Part shown: in pieces, positions 49,677 through 62,704 of the stretch
Numbering within the stretch: the stretch's first letter is position 1
Layout of the letters: each line of letters opens with the position of its first letter
NCBI RefSeq assembly: GCF_006345805.1
Contig: NC_043000.1
Coordinates: forward strand, 137,020,001-137,084,000
Reading direction: 5' to 3'
DNA: 64,000 bases
Source of the DNA: Octopus sinensis
Lineage: Eukaryota
Position numbers and translations under genes: made by a program
The notes under the pieces: generated by a model
Databases searched by the model: none
What the model saw: the letters and a program-made list of their open reading frames with translations, nothing else
What the model was told of the DNA's origin: nothing

Positions 49677-51320
49677 AAACTTGATTATCTCATGATATTA
49701 ACTGTGATAGATAAAAGTCCTTTCAAACAGTACTAACATGCTTTGGAAAGCATATTATTACTATCTGAATAAGGTGAACATTTTGCTTTTATTTATTACT
49801 CGTCAGAAAAGTATTGTCTCAAAAGATAGGTTTATGATAAGATAATTAACAGAAACTAAGCAGCCAGAAAACTCAAGTTTGCTATTTACTCTTAGCTTAT
49901 GGGAGGTAACTCATAAATCAATCATTCTGAATGGTAGAAACTAATTTGAGTTGATCAAGCAGCTCAAAATTTTGACATTGTTTTGAATGAAGTCATTGGA
50001 ACATATGATGAGAATCTAATTTCTCGTGAAACTTGATAAAATTCCTATAAAACTGTCTGAATTTCAATACAGAATATCTTGAACATCTTTCTTTTGTCAG
50101 CTTGCCAAACATTTCAGTCACAAAAACACGATGGAGTAAATAAAATATTCTGTTGATTCTTACCATAAGAAAATAATTGTGTTTGATGAGAATGCTTTTG
50201 AAAATAACTTGAGATTTAGACGATTTATCTCGAAAACTGCCTGTTCATAATTGCTCTTGTTAATTCTTCTTATCATGCAGTTTAGTCATTAGGAAAAGTT
50301 CTTATTACTCCTTCATATTTTCCATGTTGGTTCAGAAGTGGCTTATTATAAAAATGAAATGGAAATCTATTATCGCCTACAAATTCTTCAATTTTTCACA
50401 TTTTAATAGGAACAATGAAAAATAAAAAGACTTCCATGGTGCAATGATCCAATTAGTTGCAAATTAGCAGATTTTGTTTAACATTAAAATGAAACTTACT
50501 AAGAGGAAAATTGCAGAAAGGTTATCTGACAATTTACTAAATTAAAATTGCTGTCACAAAATCTATTCTATAACATGAATTAAAACCCACAAGTAGCAAC
50601 TTATAATAAACTGTAGTACTCAAACATAATACCTATAATGAATGTGTGAATAAATTTAGTTTATAGACAAGTGATTTATTTCATTAGAAGGTTCTGGTAT
50701 GTTAAATTTATCTCAAGAGCCATAAATCCTTATTCTGAAGAATAAGAATTTAAGACAAATTATTTATTTCCACTTTGTTTTTTAAGTGTGATATGATGAG
50801 TATTTCTTCTTTACTACATCTACAAGTGTACATTGCTGTCCATTTAGTTAATGATTTCATTACTACTTTGATAAGTGCAATGATGTTGTAAACTTCATTT
50901 CATTGAGAGTGGTCTGGTATGGCTGAAACATGTCTGAAATCACCTCTTGTATTATTTTGAGCATTACAGCAAGTACAAGTCAATGACCAGCATTGTTTTT
51001 TCTCACTGCATAATTTATTCTAGTCAACTGTTTAACACATTAACTCCACATGTACCATCAGCAGTTCATCACAAACTTGACACAACTGTCATATGCACCA
51101 CTGGTGTCACATTTTCATAATTTGAGAAAATATTTCATTCTATACATTTAATATTGTTTTGAGGCTATCTAAATAACGTGAGTGCTAAATATTAAAGTTA
51201 CGCCAAACAGTTATATTTCAAAGTAATTAAATAGTATGCAGTGTGACTGGAAATATGTGGCATCACTAGTAAGTTCCAGTAGCAGTCTGTGGCAGTTAAT
51301 GTGTCCAATGTCAGCCTTAA

Positions 51321-51542
51321 CCCTTTAGTGTTTGCATTATTCTGCCAAAATTAATGCCTTTTTTATCCACATTGTTTTGAACTAATCATGCATTATCTTG
51401 TAGCTATGAGATTTCAATGAGGTAGCTGTTAATTTTTAAAACGATATTGTAGGGTTGGTGCGAGAGACCAGATTTGGCCAGTTTGAACATAAAACAGGCA
51501 GAATACTTTTGGCCGGATATGGCCAGTTTAAATGCTAAAGGG
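51321..51542. mobile_element. piggyBac-type MITE, 222 bp
   Basis: TTAA|CCCTTTAG...CTAAAGGG|TTAA; the TTAA TSD and CCC/GGG termini are the piggyBac signature. Confidence 0.9.
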
Positions 51543-53057
51543 TTAAATATGTTATTACTAACTTTAACTATTGTTCCTTTTTTTTTTTTTGACCATTTAG
51601 ATAGTATCTAAATGTAGTTTATATTTTGAATATTTTTCCCTTTTCTGGAAATATTCTTTTTGTTTTTGAATTATAGTTATGTATTTGCTTTAGTCTATTC
51701 TGCTTTTATTTATTATTCTCATTGTATTTATTATGGGTATTCATCAGCAGCATGGCACAGGTGGGGTTAGTTTTTTTGAAGTTTTTGTGGTTGGATGTGC
51801 CCCTTGTTGCCAAAGCTTTTAATTATGTCCTACGAAATGCAGGGATGCAGAGTGCCTATTCTGAAACTGCAATACACATGACATTAATTTAGGTTTTCGT
51901 TTTAGCACATTCTGGATATCTTTAACATAGATCTATAGTACAGTTCCTTTTTATAAATATATCTGCATCACACTGGATTTTAGTAGACACTTGGAAACAT
52001 TGGTTGTTAGATGTTCCTTTAGTATGTGATTATAAAAAAAACATTTAAAAAATGTATTAACATCATTATTGTTGCTTGTTCTTTTACTATAAAAGTTTTA
52101 CTTGATATCAAAAAGTATCTTTTAACACATTAAAAGGATTAGAAAAAGAGTTTAAAATATTTATGCTATTAACTTAATTTTCAATCACTTCTTAATGTCC
52201 CAGGAGAGTTAATAGCTTTGTCCAAACTGTAATAATATAGATTTTTTAAAATGAAAAAAATGAATATAGAATAATTCAAATAATGAAACAGAGTAGTAGT
52301 AGTAATAGTAGTAGCAATGGCAGCAGCAGCACTAGTGTTAATAACATTTTGAAATGAAGAAACTATTAAGAATTGAGTGTGAATTTAAATAATTCTAGTG
52401 TCAGCTTTTATTTGATCTAATTTATTTTTGCCTGACATTTTTTATACTGGTTCTTTGTCATATATCATAGGGGAGTTTTATTCCTTATCTCATAAAAGAA
52501 TATTTAATTCTCTTCATTAAGTCAACAAAGTGAATTTTTTAAAATTTGTTTTTAAAGACAGCCTGTACTTAGCCAACTTTATGGTCCCATTACTGTTTAG
52601 CTTGATCAAATATTTAAATTCTAAATTTGTAAATCTCTTCAGCTTTTTTTCTGTTGTTTCAGAAATTAGATAAACTCTCTTCTCTCTGTCTTCTCATTTT
52701 TGTTGTTACCTTTCCTACCCCTCTTGCTATCTCACAAAAATATAAACATCTATTTTTCATTCAGTGATTTATTTGATTTTATAACAAATAGAATGTGAAT
52801 ATTTAAACTTTATTTTATTGTAAAACGCATATCCTGATTCATTCAAAGTGTAGTATGTAGTTTGCATTCATAAATGTAAACTATAGGTTTCTAATGGCAA
52901 TGTAATGTGTAACTGAAAGAATTTTTTATAGTACCAGTTGTTGAATGCAGAAGTCAATATAAGATTTAGATTGTAGAAAAAGTATATCATCACAGTCATT
53001 CTTGCTATATTGTACATGCATTCTTTGAATAATTTAGAAATTATTGTTACAATCATA

Positions 53058-53393
53058 GTGTCAGTGGCACGTAAAAAGCACCATCCGAATCGTGGCCGAA
53101 GCCAGTGCCGCCTCGACTGGCTTCCGTGCAGGTGGCACGTAAAATGCACCAATCCGACTGTGGCCGATGCCAGCCTCGCCTGGCACCAGTGCAGGTGGCA
53201 CGTAAAAAGCACCCACTACACTCATGGAGTGGTTGGCATTAGGAAGAACATCCAGCTGTAGAAACATTGCCAGATAAGACCGGAGACTGGTGCAGCCTTC
53301 TGGCTTCCCAGATCCCCAGTCGAACCGTCCAACCCATGCTAGCATGGAGAACGGACATTAAACAATGATGATGATGATGATGATGATGATGAT
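53058..53393 (+). mobile_element. RTE-related family C with two repeat units
   Basis: GTGGCACGTAAAAAGCACC units followed by the (GAT)n tail. Confidence 0.9.
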
Positions 53394-53864
53394 AGTAACG
53401 GGATAAAGGTACAGTTTCTTGTAATGGAAAGAAAAAATCTAAAGGAAAATGTTTATTGGTAGATGCCCATTATTAGAAATATTTTAACAAAGGATGTATT
53501 TTGTATAACTGGAAGAGATATCCATATATTTTGAATAACAAATTTATTCTTAGATAAGTGATATGTGTCTTGTATCCTAACTCTTGTTTTGTTTATATTA
53601 CCTGTTCTGGAAGTGAAAATTTGAGATCAGTTTCATTTGAGTTTGAATTGTTTATGTAGTGATAGCAAATTAAATCCTTATTTACCCCAAACTTCATACC
53701 AATAACCTAATTTTTACTGTTTAGCTCAGAGAGAATCTAGGTCTTTTACAGTTTCCATATATAATTTGAAGTCATCAGTGATATATATTCACACTCTGGT
53801 TTTGACAAACTTATAGGCAAACCTAGATTTTCTCAGTATGCTTGCCACAAGAATTAAATCTGAT

Positions 53865-54260
53865 GAAAAGTAATAGAGAGAATGAGTCTCCTGGGACTTT
53901 TAGCCTGAGGAATTTCACATTTTCTGATGGTTCATTTCTGCATATTAGTTCCACTTCCCATGATTTCATTGCTTTTTCTAAAAAAACCTGTTAATCTTCT
54001 CATTGGCCCCAAATGTCCCCAGGCACTCCAAAAGCCAATAACATGGAATATTATTGTAGGCTTTCTTGTCTGTCCAGCTAACAGCAAAGTTTTTATCTGT
54101 ACCTCCCTTAATATCATGCTATTAATATACAACAGATTAGTAGTTCCTCTTACATTCTTTCTATATCCAGTTTGGTCTTCTGGTAATAGATTCTTCCTTT
54201 GCAGGAATTCATCTGCTGTGAGCCCAATTAATAATTTCCAGCTTATTATAATTACTTTTA
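53865..54260 (-). mobile_element. Decayed R4/Dong-like non-LTR RT fragment
   Basis: WKLLIGL..E..NLLPEDQTGYRKNVRGT..LLYINSMILREV, then (shifted) KNFAVSWTDKKAYNNIPCYWLLECLGTFG...KSWEVEL...PGDSFS. Confidence 0.75.
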
Positions 54261-54269
54261 ATAATATCA

Positions 54270-54342
54270 ATAGTAATAACGATGACAACAACAACAATAA
54301 TAATAATAATAATGATAATAATAATGATGATGATAATAATAC
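54270..54342. repeat. (AAT/AAC/GAT)n trinucleotide microsatellite
   Basis: Visible directly in the sequence. Confidence 0.95.
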
Positions 54343-54402
54343 TATGAAGGTACTGAGCAAACAGAATTGTTTGAGAGTTGACGAAAATGATTAGCAACAT
54401 TT

Positions 54403-54527
54403 TATTCAGGGTTCAAATCCAACTGAGGTCAACTTTGTTTTTCAACCCTTTGGAGTTGATAAAATATATATTAGTTGAACATGGTGTGTGTGTGTAGTGG
54501 GGTTGTTAGCCTTGTGCCAAAATTAGA
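54403..54527 (+). mobile_element. Partial SINE family B
   Basis: GGTTCAAATCCAACTGAGGTCAACTTTG...GATAAAAT. Confidence 0.65.
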
Positions 54528-54586
54528 ATTTTTATTATTCTTATTGTTGTTGTCATCCTCCTCCTCCTTCTTTATTATTATTATTG

Positions 54587-54975
54587 AGGTGGTGACCTGG
54601 CAGAATCGTTAGGACGCTTGGCAGTATTTCGTCTGCCGTTACATTCTGAGTTCAAATTCAGCCAAGGTCGACTTGGCCTTTCATTCTTTCGGGGGTCGAT
54701 AAATTAAGTACCAGTTACACACTGGGGTCAATATAATCAACTTAACCCGTCTGTCTGTCCTTGTTTGTCTCCTCTGTGTTTAGCCCCTTGTGGGTAATAA
54801 AGAAATACATATTTCACCTGTCCTTACATTCAAATTCCACTGATGTCAACTTTGGTTTACATCTTTTTTTTTGGGGGGGGGCGATAAAATAAGCACCAGT
54901 TGAACACTGGGGTTGATGTAATTGACTCATCCCCTTTCTCCAAAATTGCTGCCCTTGTGGCAAAATATAAAACTA
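54587..54975 (+). mobile_element. SINE family B (tRNA head plus Meta-like core) with a duplicated core, (ATT)n tail
   Basis: GGTGACCTGGCAGAATCGTTAG...GAGTTCAAATTC...GGTCGACTTGGCCTTTCAT...GGGGTCGATAAATTAAGTACCAG; the core recurs at 54826-54925. Confidence 0.8.
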
Positions 54976-54993
54976 TTATTATTATAATTATTA

Positions 54994-55025
<32 letters not shown>

Positions 55026-55063
55026 TGGAAATCTATCAATATTCTTTTTTTTTCTCTCTGCAG

Positions 55064-55110
55064 GTAAATATTCTTTCTTATATTTCATCAAATTTGACTT
55101 CTACAGTGAC
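55064..55110 (+). other. Candidate 47-nt exon / recursive-splice site
   Basis: TTCTTTTTTTTTCTCTCTGCAG|GTAAAT...TGAC|GTGAGT. Two frames are open. No transcript evidence is available. Confidence 0.35.
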
Positions 55111-56362
55111 GTGAGTATTTTTCATTTTGCTTAAATGAATAGTTATGTTTTGTATTTTTAGGAAGAAATTATAACTTGCAAACTTCACATTAAATTCATA
55201 CTTCTCTCATGCTGGTTACCATTCTAAGACTTGAATTTGCATTTAGATAATGGTTATATAAGTTTCTGCACAGGCTTCATCTGTGTAGCACATGACTGCT
55301 ATGTAACACTATGAATATCGTAAAACAATTTGTTTCACTTTGACCAACTCAATTTTGTGTTTGTTTCTGCAACTTAATTTAATTTTTAAAATTCTTAATC
55401 CTTAAGGTTAAATACCCCTATTTTTCTGTCAGTGTTGTGTTTTAGAGTTAAATTTACTTCCCTTAGCTTACAGAATAAAAAGCAGGATTTATAGTTTTAA
55501 ACAAGTAAATTTCATGTTGTCACTGAGAAAGTGAAATTTTAGTGATTTAAAAAAAAAATCAAAATAGAATATATAACGTCATTTGTAGTACTTACAATGT
55601 GAACTTGCCTGATTGATTTTAAGTTTTCATAAACCTATCAATGATACGAGATATTCAACATATTCTTGTAAAACATAAGGACTAAGTATAGCAATAGCAC
55701 CAATACTAATTTTCTAAGAATATTATTTTGGTGCATAACTTTTCCAATACTTACAGGATAGTTTGCTACTTCTGATGAAAGTTTGGTAGAGAAATTTCTG
55801 CTTCTAGTGCATATTTTATGCTCGAAAAGTATTTCATTCTGGGATTTAAGCATAAATGAATACAGAGTTATTAAAAAATTAAATGAAAACTTTGATTTCA
55901 CAGTGAATGCATATATTATAGAAATACATAGATATTCTTGCCCTTGAAATGTTCAGTTATATGGCAAAATATTTTCATACTACAACTTATGTGAGGAATA
56001 AAATTCTGTTAAACTAGTCTCTCTGTACTTGATGCAACAGTGTTGATATCATCCATGAACATCTTTGAGAGATTAACCATGGGTTCTAATAGTATGAAGG
56101 TTAAAATCACATTAACGTACTAAAATTATTGGTTTTCCAGAGAGAATAGCAGTTGTGAAATACCTCAATTACCATCCTCATTGCTCTAGAATTAGCAGTT
56201 TTCCATATTCCAATATGCCACCCATGGCTTCTGAAATGCTCCTATTAATTACAAGTGATTTTGGTGGAAAACTATTAAAACTTATTGTAGTATATCAAGA
56301 AGATTAAATAGTGACCAAGATTTAGTTTTGTTCTTGCTGCATTTCATATAAACTGGACTGTA

Positions 56363-56592
56363 CAAGGGGTTGCTGAGAAGTTCCTGGATTTAAGGGTCAA
56401 GTACAAGGCCTGGTTGGAGGCCCAACCTTCTGAGTTCTTTTATTTATTGCAATGGTTCTTCAGTGTACCTAAGGAAAACTGAAGGACTGATGCTATAAGT
56501 GTGTGAATCTAAGAGGAAAATAGGTTGAATAAAATCATAATTAAGTGTTCCTCTTGTACTTTCTTTTACTCAAAGCCCGGAAGTTTTCAGCA
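56363..56592. mobile_element. mariner-type MITE
   Basis: TA|CAAGGGGTTGCTGAGAAGTTCCTGGATTT ... AAAGCCCGGAAGTTTTCAGCAC form imperfect TIRs. Confidence 0.65.
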
Positions 56593-57016
56593 CTATGCTG
56601 TTTTTTCTAGAGTTTCTGTTTCTTTGTTGGATATTAAAATGACAGAATATTAAGTTTCATGATAACTAGACAAATGTTTTTTAGTAGTAAATGTATCTTA
56701 ATAATGGCAGAGTTGGTTTTCCTGAGATTGTTATGTAACTAAGTATCGTGTGTTTGAGGCCAAAAAGGAAAATAGGTTGAATCAAATCATAATTAAGTGA
56801 TCCTCCTCTACTTTATTTTACTCAAAGCCCGGAAGTTTTCAGCACTATGATGTTTTTTCTAGAGTTCCTGTTTCTTTGTTGGATATTAAAATGACAGAAT
56901 ATTAAGTTTCATGATAACTAGACAAATGTTTTTAGTAGTAAATGTATGTTAATAATGGCAGAGTTGGTTTTCCTGAGATTGTTATGTAACTATGTATTGT
57001 ATGTTTGAGGCCAAAA
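56515..57016. repeat. ~252-bp tandem duplication (2 copies)
   Basis: Copy 1 is 56515-56766 and copy 2 is 56767-57016, roughly 93-95% identical by eye. Confidence 0.95.
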
Positions 57017-57037
57017 GAGTTGAAGAGATAAGATGAC

Positions 57038-57134
57038 AAGTAGCATATTGTGATTTCAAATCAAGGACAATAAGTGTATATGTTAAAGGGTTTTTTTTTT
57101 ATTGTCCTTGATTTGAAATCACAATGTGCCACTT
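57038..57134. repeat. Near-perfect inverted repeat (36-bp stem, 25-nt loop)
   Basis: AAGTAGCATATTGTGATTTCAAATCAAGGACAATAA / TTATTGTCCTTGATTTGAAATCACAATGTGCCACTT. Confidence 0.95.
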
Positions 57135-58248
57135 AATTGCGTCTCTAGCCTTGAGATACATTTAAGTGTATGTGAGAGTTTACTCTAAAACTACCTCAGT
57201 GGCCAATATTTGCTGCATTTCAATTTCCTCCTAAACAGACAGGTAACTTAGTAAATGGTCTATTTTATTTATAACTTAAAATCCTACATAACCAATCTCT
57301 TAGGCCAAAGTCAGAACTGGCCATAGTTCATTGAATCCCTGTGTTGCTCTCAAACTTTAGTTGACTGTCTTCTCATTTCCTTTGATGAGTAGCCATGCTC
57401 AAATAGCTTCTAAGGTGTTGAACTGCCTTATTATTGAAAATTGTATGGTATAACAGAGTCTCTATAAAAATGCTTTGTTTCTTCATATATACTTTAGTTA
57501 CATAAATATTAATGCTAACTGCATACCTCATAAAAATAAATATGAAGATTGGTGGAGTTGCAAGCAAAATACTTTATACATAAAGAAAAGAAAACGACCC
57601 ACCACATCTTGTATATAACTAAGTACCAATCTTTTAAGATTTAAGTTGTGACAAGTCTGTTTCCATATGTACTCAAATGGACTATAAAGAAGCATAGTTT
57701 TATAGAAGTTTCTTTTCCGTGTTCTTATCAGACATCTTAAAAATTGACATGACAACATTTATTTCAACTAACAATGGAAATATTTCTGAATGTTTTTAAT
57801 GAAAATTGCATTCCTTGTAATCTCGCTCATGCTGAAATTAGTTGATGTTAAATACATAAGATAACAATGTCTATGAAGGGATAATATTGATGATGATGAT
57901 GATGGTTAAAGACAATGTCAGTAATAGCATCAATAACAACAAAACAAACTATTACTTATCTAACACTTGTCTCCTTTCCATAAGTCATATAACTTCTTAT
58001 TTTGTACATTTGTATTCATCTTTACTGCATCTGTCTTTTCTCTCCTTTTCAATATATTTAAGGGCTGGAATAGAAAGGTTTGAAGAATCTTAGCAAAAGA
58101 TTATTTCTATTAAAAGGATTTATATCTAGTAGTTTTGACATGTAGTTACCCTGTTTCATCGTTAAGTGGTTGTTGACAGAAAGTAGACAACTTAATGTTT
58201 CTTTATTCCTATAACATTTCTGTATTTCAATTGTTACTTTTCTTCTTT

Positions 58249-58352
<104 letters not shown>

Positions 58353-59433
58353 ACAGACATACATATGTTTATGTATGTGTAACTTCTTTTTAAGAAATGG
58401 AATCATTTTTTTTCTTTTTCTTCTCTATATCTATTAATTTATTTCTATGAAACTACATAACTTCACTATTTGATCGCTTGGCAAAGCCAATATTTGGTGA
58501 ATTTTTAGAATGCTTTTCCATAATGTATTTCTTTTCCTCTCTACTTCTTGGTGTGTGAATAGAAACAACTTTGCTATTTTTTCTTCTTTCTTCTTCTTCT
58601 TCTAAAAAAAAAGTACATGGCCTGAATTAAATTTCATTGTTTAAAGACAGCATCTGTAACACTGAAATGGGAATTGCTTCATGTTATTGTTGTAAAAGAG
58701 CTTCAACAATATTTTATTTAATAAATTTTATATCTGTAGCATGTAAAAATGAGAACATAATATTACAATTTTAATCTTTATACTTTTAACTCGTGTAAAT
58801 AGAATTTGAAAAAAATAGTGTTGAACATAGGCTTAATCAATGAATAATTATTGTTCTGGTTTCCTTAGTCATTTCCAAAATGATAATTTTCAGAGACACT
58901 TTCCTTATTTGTCTTATTCTTCTTACTTTCAATTTTATAGAATAATGATTTTATTCAAATCATTGACCTCTCTTTGCTAACAATATAATATTTATTCATT
59001 TGTATATCTAGCCTGAATAATATTAAAATGAAAAGTAGCAGACTGCCCAGGAATGCTTATTTGGATTAGGATACAATCTATGCTAAAACTTGTAATATAT
59101 TGGTGGAATATTCTTTGGCTATTTTAAGGGATACTTTATCATATAAATTGTATGGTCACTATATACATAATGTACTACATAGTAGTGAAACATGGACATT
59201 GAATGTAAGGATTTGAGGAGGCAGGAAAGAAATTGTGATACTTTGATTGCATATAACAGGGATCAGAGTAAAGTGAACAGAAGACGGTGTTCATACAGAT
59301 GTGTAATGTGATATGTACTGATAGGGGAAAGTATTCATGAAAGATTAGTGAAAAATGGAAAATTGTAGTGAGATTAAATCTTTGAATGCATAAAATATAT
59401 ACCACAGTATTTGAAAGAAGTGATGATATTACA

Positions 59434-59790
59434 TAGGCGCAAGAGTGGTTGTGTGGTAAGTCGCTTGCTTACCTACCACATGTTTCAGGGTTCAGTCCCA
59501 CTGTGTGACACCTTGGGCAAGTGTCTCCTACTATAGCCTTGGGCTGACCGAATCCTTGTTAGGGGATTTGGTAGATGGAAACTGAAAGAAGCACATTGTA
59601 TGTGTGTGTGTCTGTGTCCCTCCTACCCCATCGCTTGACAATCAATGCTGGTGTGTTTACATATCTGTAACCTAGTAGATTGCAAAAGAGACTGATAGTA
59701 TAAGTACTAGGCTTACAAAGAAAATGTCCTAGAGTTGATTTGTTTGACTAAAGGTGATGCTCCAGTATGGCTGAAACAAATAACGAGTAA
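59434..59790 (+). mobile_element. SINE family A
   Basis: Matches the 536-957 copy, with a shorter internal microsatellite. Confidence 0.88.
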
Positions 59791-62395
59791 TATCATCTGA
59801 AGATCCAGCCAACCTATATTAGCATAGAAAACTGTTAAAATCATGATGATCAGGAGGAAAATGTACTTATTTTGTAAATTTGGTCCCTCTCTAATAGATG
59901 ATGTTACATATTACATACCTTGTACTTGATAAGTGAAAGAATTAAATATTTCTTACAATAGACAAGGGGTAAATTTAACATGCAAAAGGGTACTTTATTT
60001 AGACATTCAAAGAAATAATATTCAAAACTTCTCTGCCATAAATTTTTAGCATTCAAATAAACATAAGCATGTATTGAATTAGAATACATCCAAAGAGCAT
60101 AATATCCTTTGTAATTACTTGTCCTGCTAAAAGTAAGTGCTAAATGTACCCAAAACACATCCTGTTTTAGTAGAAGATAAACACTTGAGACGTGTTATAT
60201 TTCAAACAGCAGAACAATAGTCACTTGACTTGCAAATATTGTTTTGAATACTCTGACTAATAACTTAAAAAGCCTTTTTATTTATAATTTACGCTGTAAG
60301 GAGGTATTTTTACTTGATAGATTTAGGAAGACAGAAAAGAAAAATTAATTTGGACTGTCTTTGTATGTAATCATTTGGAAATAATTTTATGTAATTTTCT
60401 TTGAAACATTTTTCCAGTTTATTTTCTTTTGAAACAACTATAACTAGTTTTATAGTCAATATATAGATGCTACAGTAGTGCTTACATATAATTCAGAATA
60501 TTAATGTTGCACCTCAGTATTACTTTCCATATATTTTTATCGCCTGTTTTCAGCCTTTTGTACATTCATTTGAGCATTAACTGGGACCATTAACAATCCA
60601 ACTTCAAAATGATTAACATTAGAAAAAGTGTGATCCAGTATTTCTTGCATCCTAAGTAATTTTCATTCTTCGGCTACCTTCTGTTTAGAAGAATAGTTGG
60701 GTTTTTGTGTGTGTGTGTGTGAGAGTGAGGTGAGAAGTGCAAGTAATTATTCATCTTTCAATTTTAAACATAGGGTGATAGTTCAAATAAAGCTAAAGTT
60801 TATTATTTCCTAATATATTTATGGTAAGGTTACCCCCCATCATCTTATTTGTTTCCTCATTGCAATGCTTAGAATGAAAGTTCAAATTGAATTGAAGGAA
60901 GCTAAGTGTTTTGTATTGTTTCTTTTTTGTCATCTGTAAATTAATGTTTTGATATCTTGTCAGTACAACTTAATACACAGCATTCTTATTATTCATGAAT
61001 TTAAAGTTCAAAGCTTTGTATAGACCACAAAATTTGAAATGGGGAAACATAGTGTTATTCCCTCCTTTAAAACAGGGAAAATTCAACAAGCATACTGGAT
61101 AGAGTGCAATCAGAAAGTTAAGAAGATATATGTGAAGGATGCAAAAATACTACACAGAAAAGTGAAACTCCATTCTGAATAAAGAAGTAAAAATACAAAG
61201 CTTTCTGGCTGTTGCTCATAGATGGTACTTGGGTGCTTAACAGAATAATTCTATTGCACAGCAGATGCTGGCTTGTTCTTAAATGTTTCGGTGAACAACA
61301 TATAATGCTTTTGATACCAAACTGCTCAAGACTGCCCATGGATCTATGATACAAACTTCCTATTTTGAAGTAAATTAAATTAAAACCTTCCATAAAAATT
61401 TGATATGAATCTATGATCCAAATTAGAGTTTAATAATGATAAAGTTATTTTACTAAATTCTTCATTATTACCAAAATTAATTAAAACAAAGGCTGTGTAT
61501 TTTAACAGGAATTCTGTGATGAAAGTGTTAAATGAATGTGTTACAAATTTTTCATTTACTATGAATTCGAGTTCAAACCAACCTATTAATTCTTAAATTT
61601 ATTTAACATTTCATAACCCTATTAGTGTTATTTGCAGCTTTTCATCTCTTTTACTTTAAAAAGTATAAGCTGATTGATACATTTGGATATATAAAAAATT
61701 AATTTTCTTCAGACGATACTTTTGTTGAGGTTTATATTTATTAAATTGCATAAAACATGTTCTTAAAATCGAAGTATGGTTTTTATGAGTCATCCGTTAA
61801 CAAGAAAAAAATACATGAAAAAAAAAAAGAAAATCACCTAAAGAACAAGTTAAAATTACTGACTCTAAATCTTCGTAAAATTTCAATTTCAAATAATATA
61901 TCAAACAAAAAGTTTGTTTAAAATGAAAATGTTTATGTCAGAACTTAGTAATTTGCAATTGATAGAATTACAAAGCTGTCAAATATATTTTGACTTGAAA
62001 TTCAATCCATCTTATCAGAATACAAACACCACATTTAAAATATTTTTCTTGTAAATAGCCAAGTATTTCCTCTAGTTCAGCTGTCTTTTCTCAATATTTA
62101 GTTCTTTTATCAAATTATTTCTTGTTAAAATCCACACTTTAGGCACAGACACATTAATTAAAAATTAGTGTCTATATAACAACTTTGAGAGAATTTGCTT
62201 CCTTGTGTGAATTGCACTGCCTGTCTTGCTATTTATCATTCTTTTTCACCTTTTTTTAATTGTTGGTGACCAAAAGCTTTTAATCTTTAAAACTTCATTT
62301 TCTTTATTTCTGTAATATTTCTGAAGATTTTTCTGAATGTTTTAAGTAAAAAATTTTTTTCAGTATGTTTTAAATAAAAAATTTTATATCTAAGT

Positions 62396-62686
62396 ATGGC
62401 CGATGCCAGCACCGCCTCGACTGGCTTCCATGCCGGTGGCACATAAAATACACCAATCCGACCGTGGCCGTTGCCAGCCTCTCCTGGCACCTGTGCAGGT
62501 GGCACGTAAAAAGCACCCACTACACTCACGGAGTGGTTGGCGTTAGGAAGGGCATCCAGCTGTAGAAACATTGGCAGATAAGACTGGAGCCTGGTGCAGC
62601 CTTCTGGCTTCCCAGATCCCCGGTCAAACCGTCCAACCCATGCTAGCATGGAGAATGGACGTTAAACGATGATGATGATGATGATG
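62396..62686 (+). mobile_element. RTE-related family C with two repeat units
   Basis: Near identical to 53100-53390; (GAT)n tail. Confidence 0.9.
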
Positions 62687-62704
62687 TACATACATACTAC
62701 ACAC

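Noticed and set aside
11573-55110. A spliced gene model joining the candidate exons
   Set aside because: Some joins are in phase, but 26971+29797 creates a stop and no joined peptide resembles a family I know, so no CDS is called.
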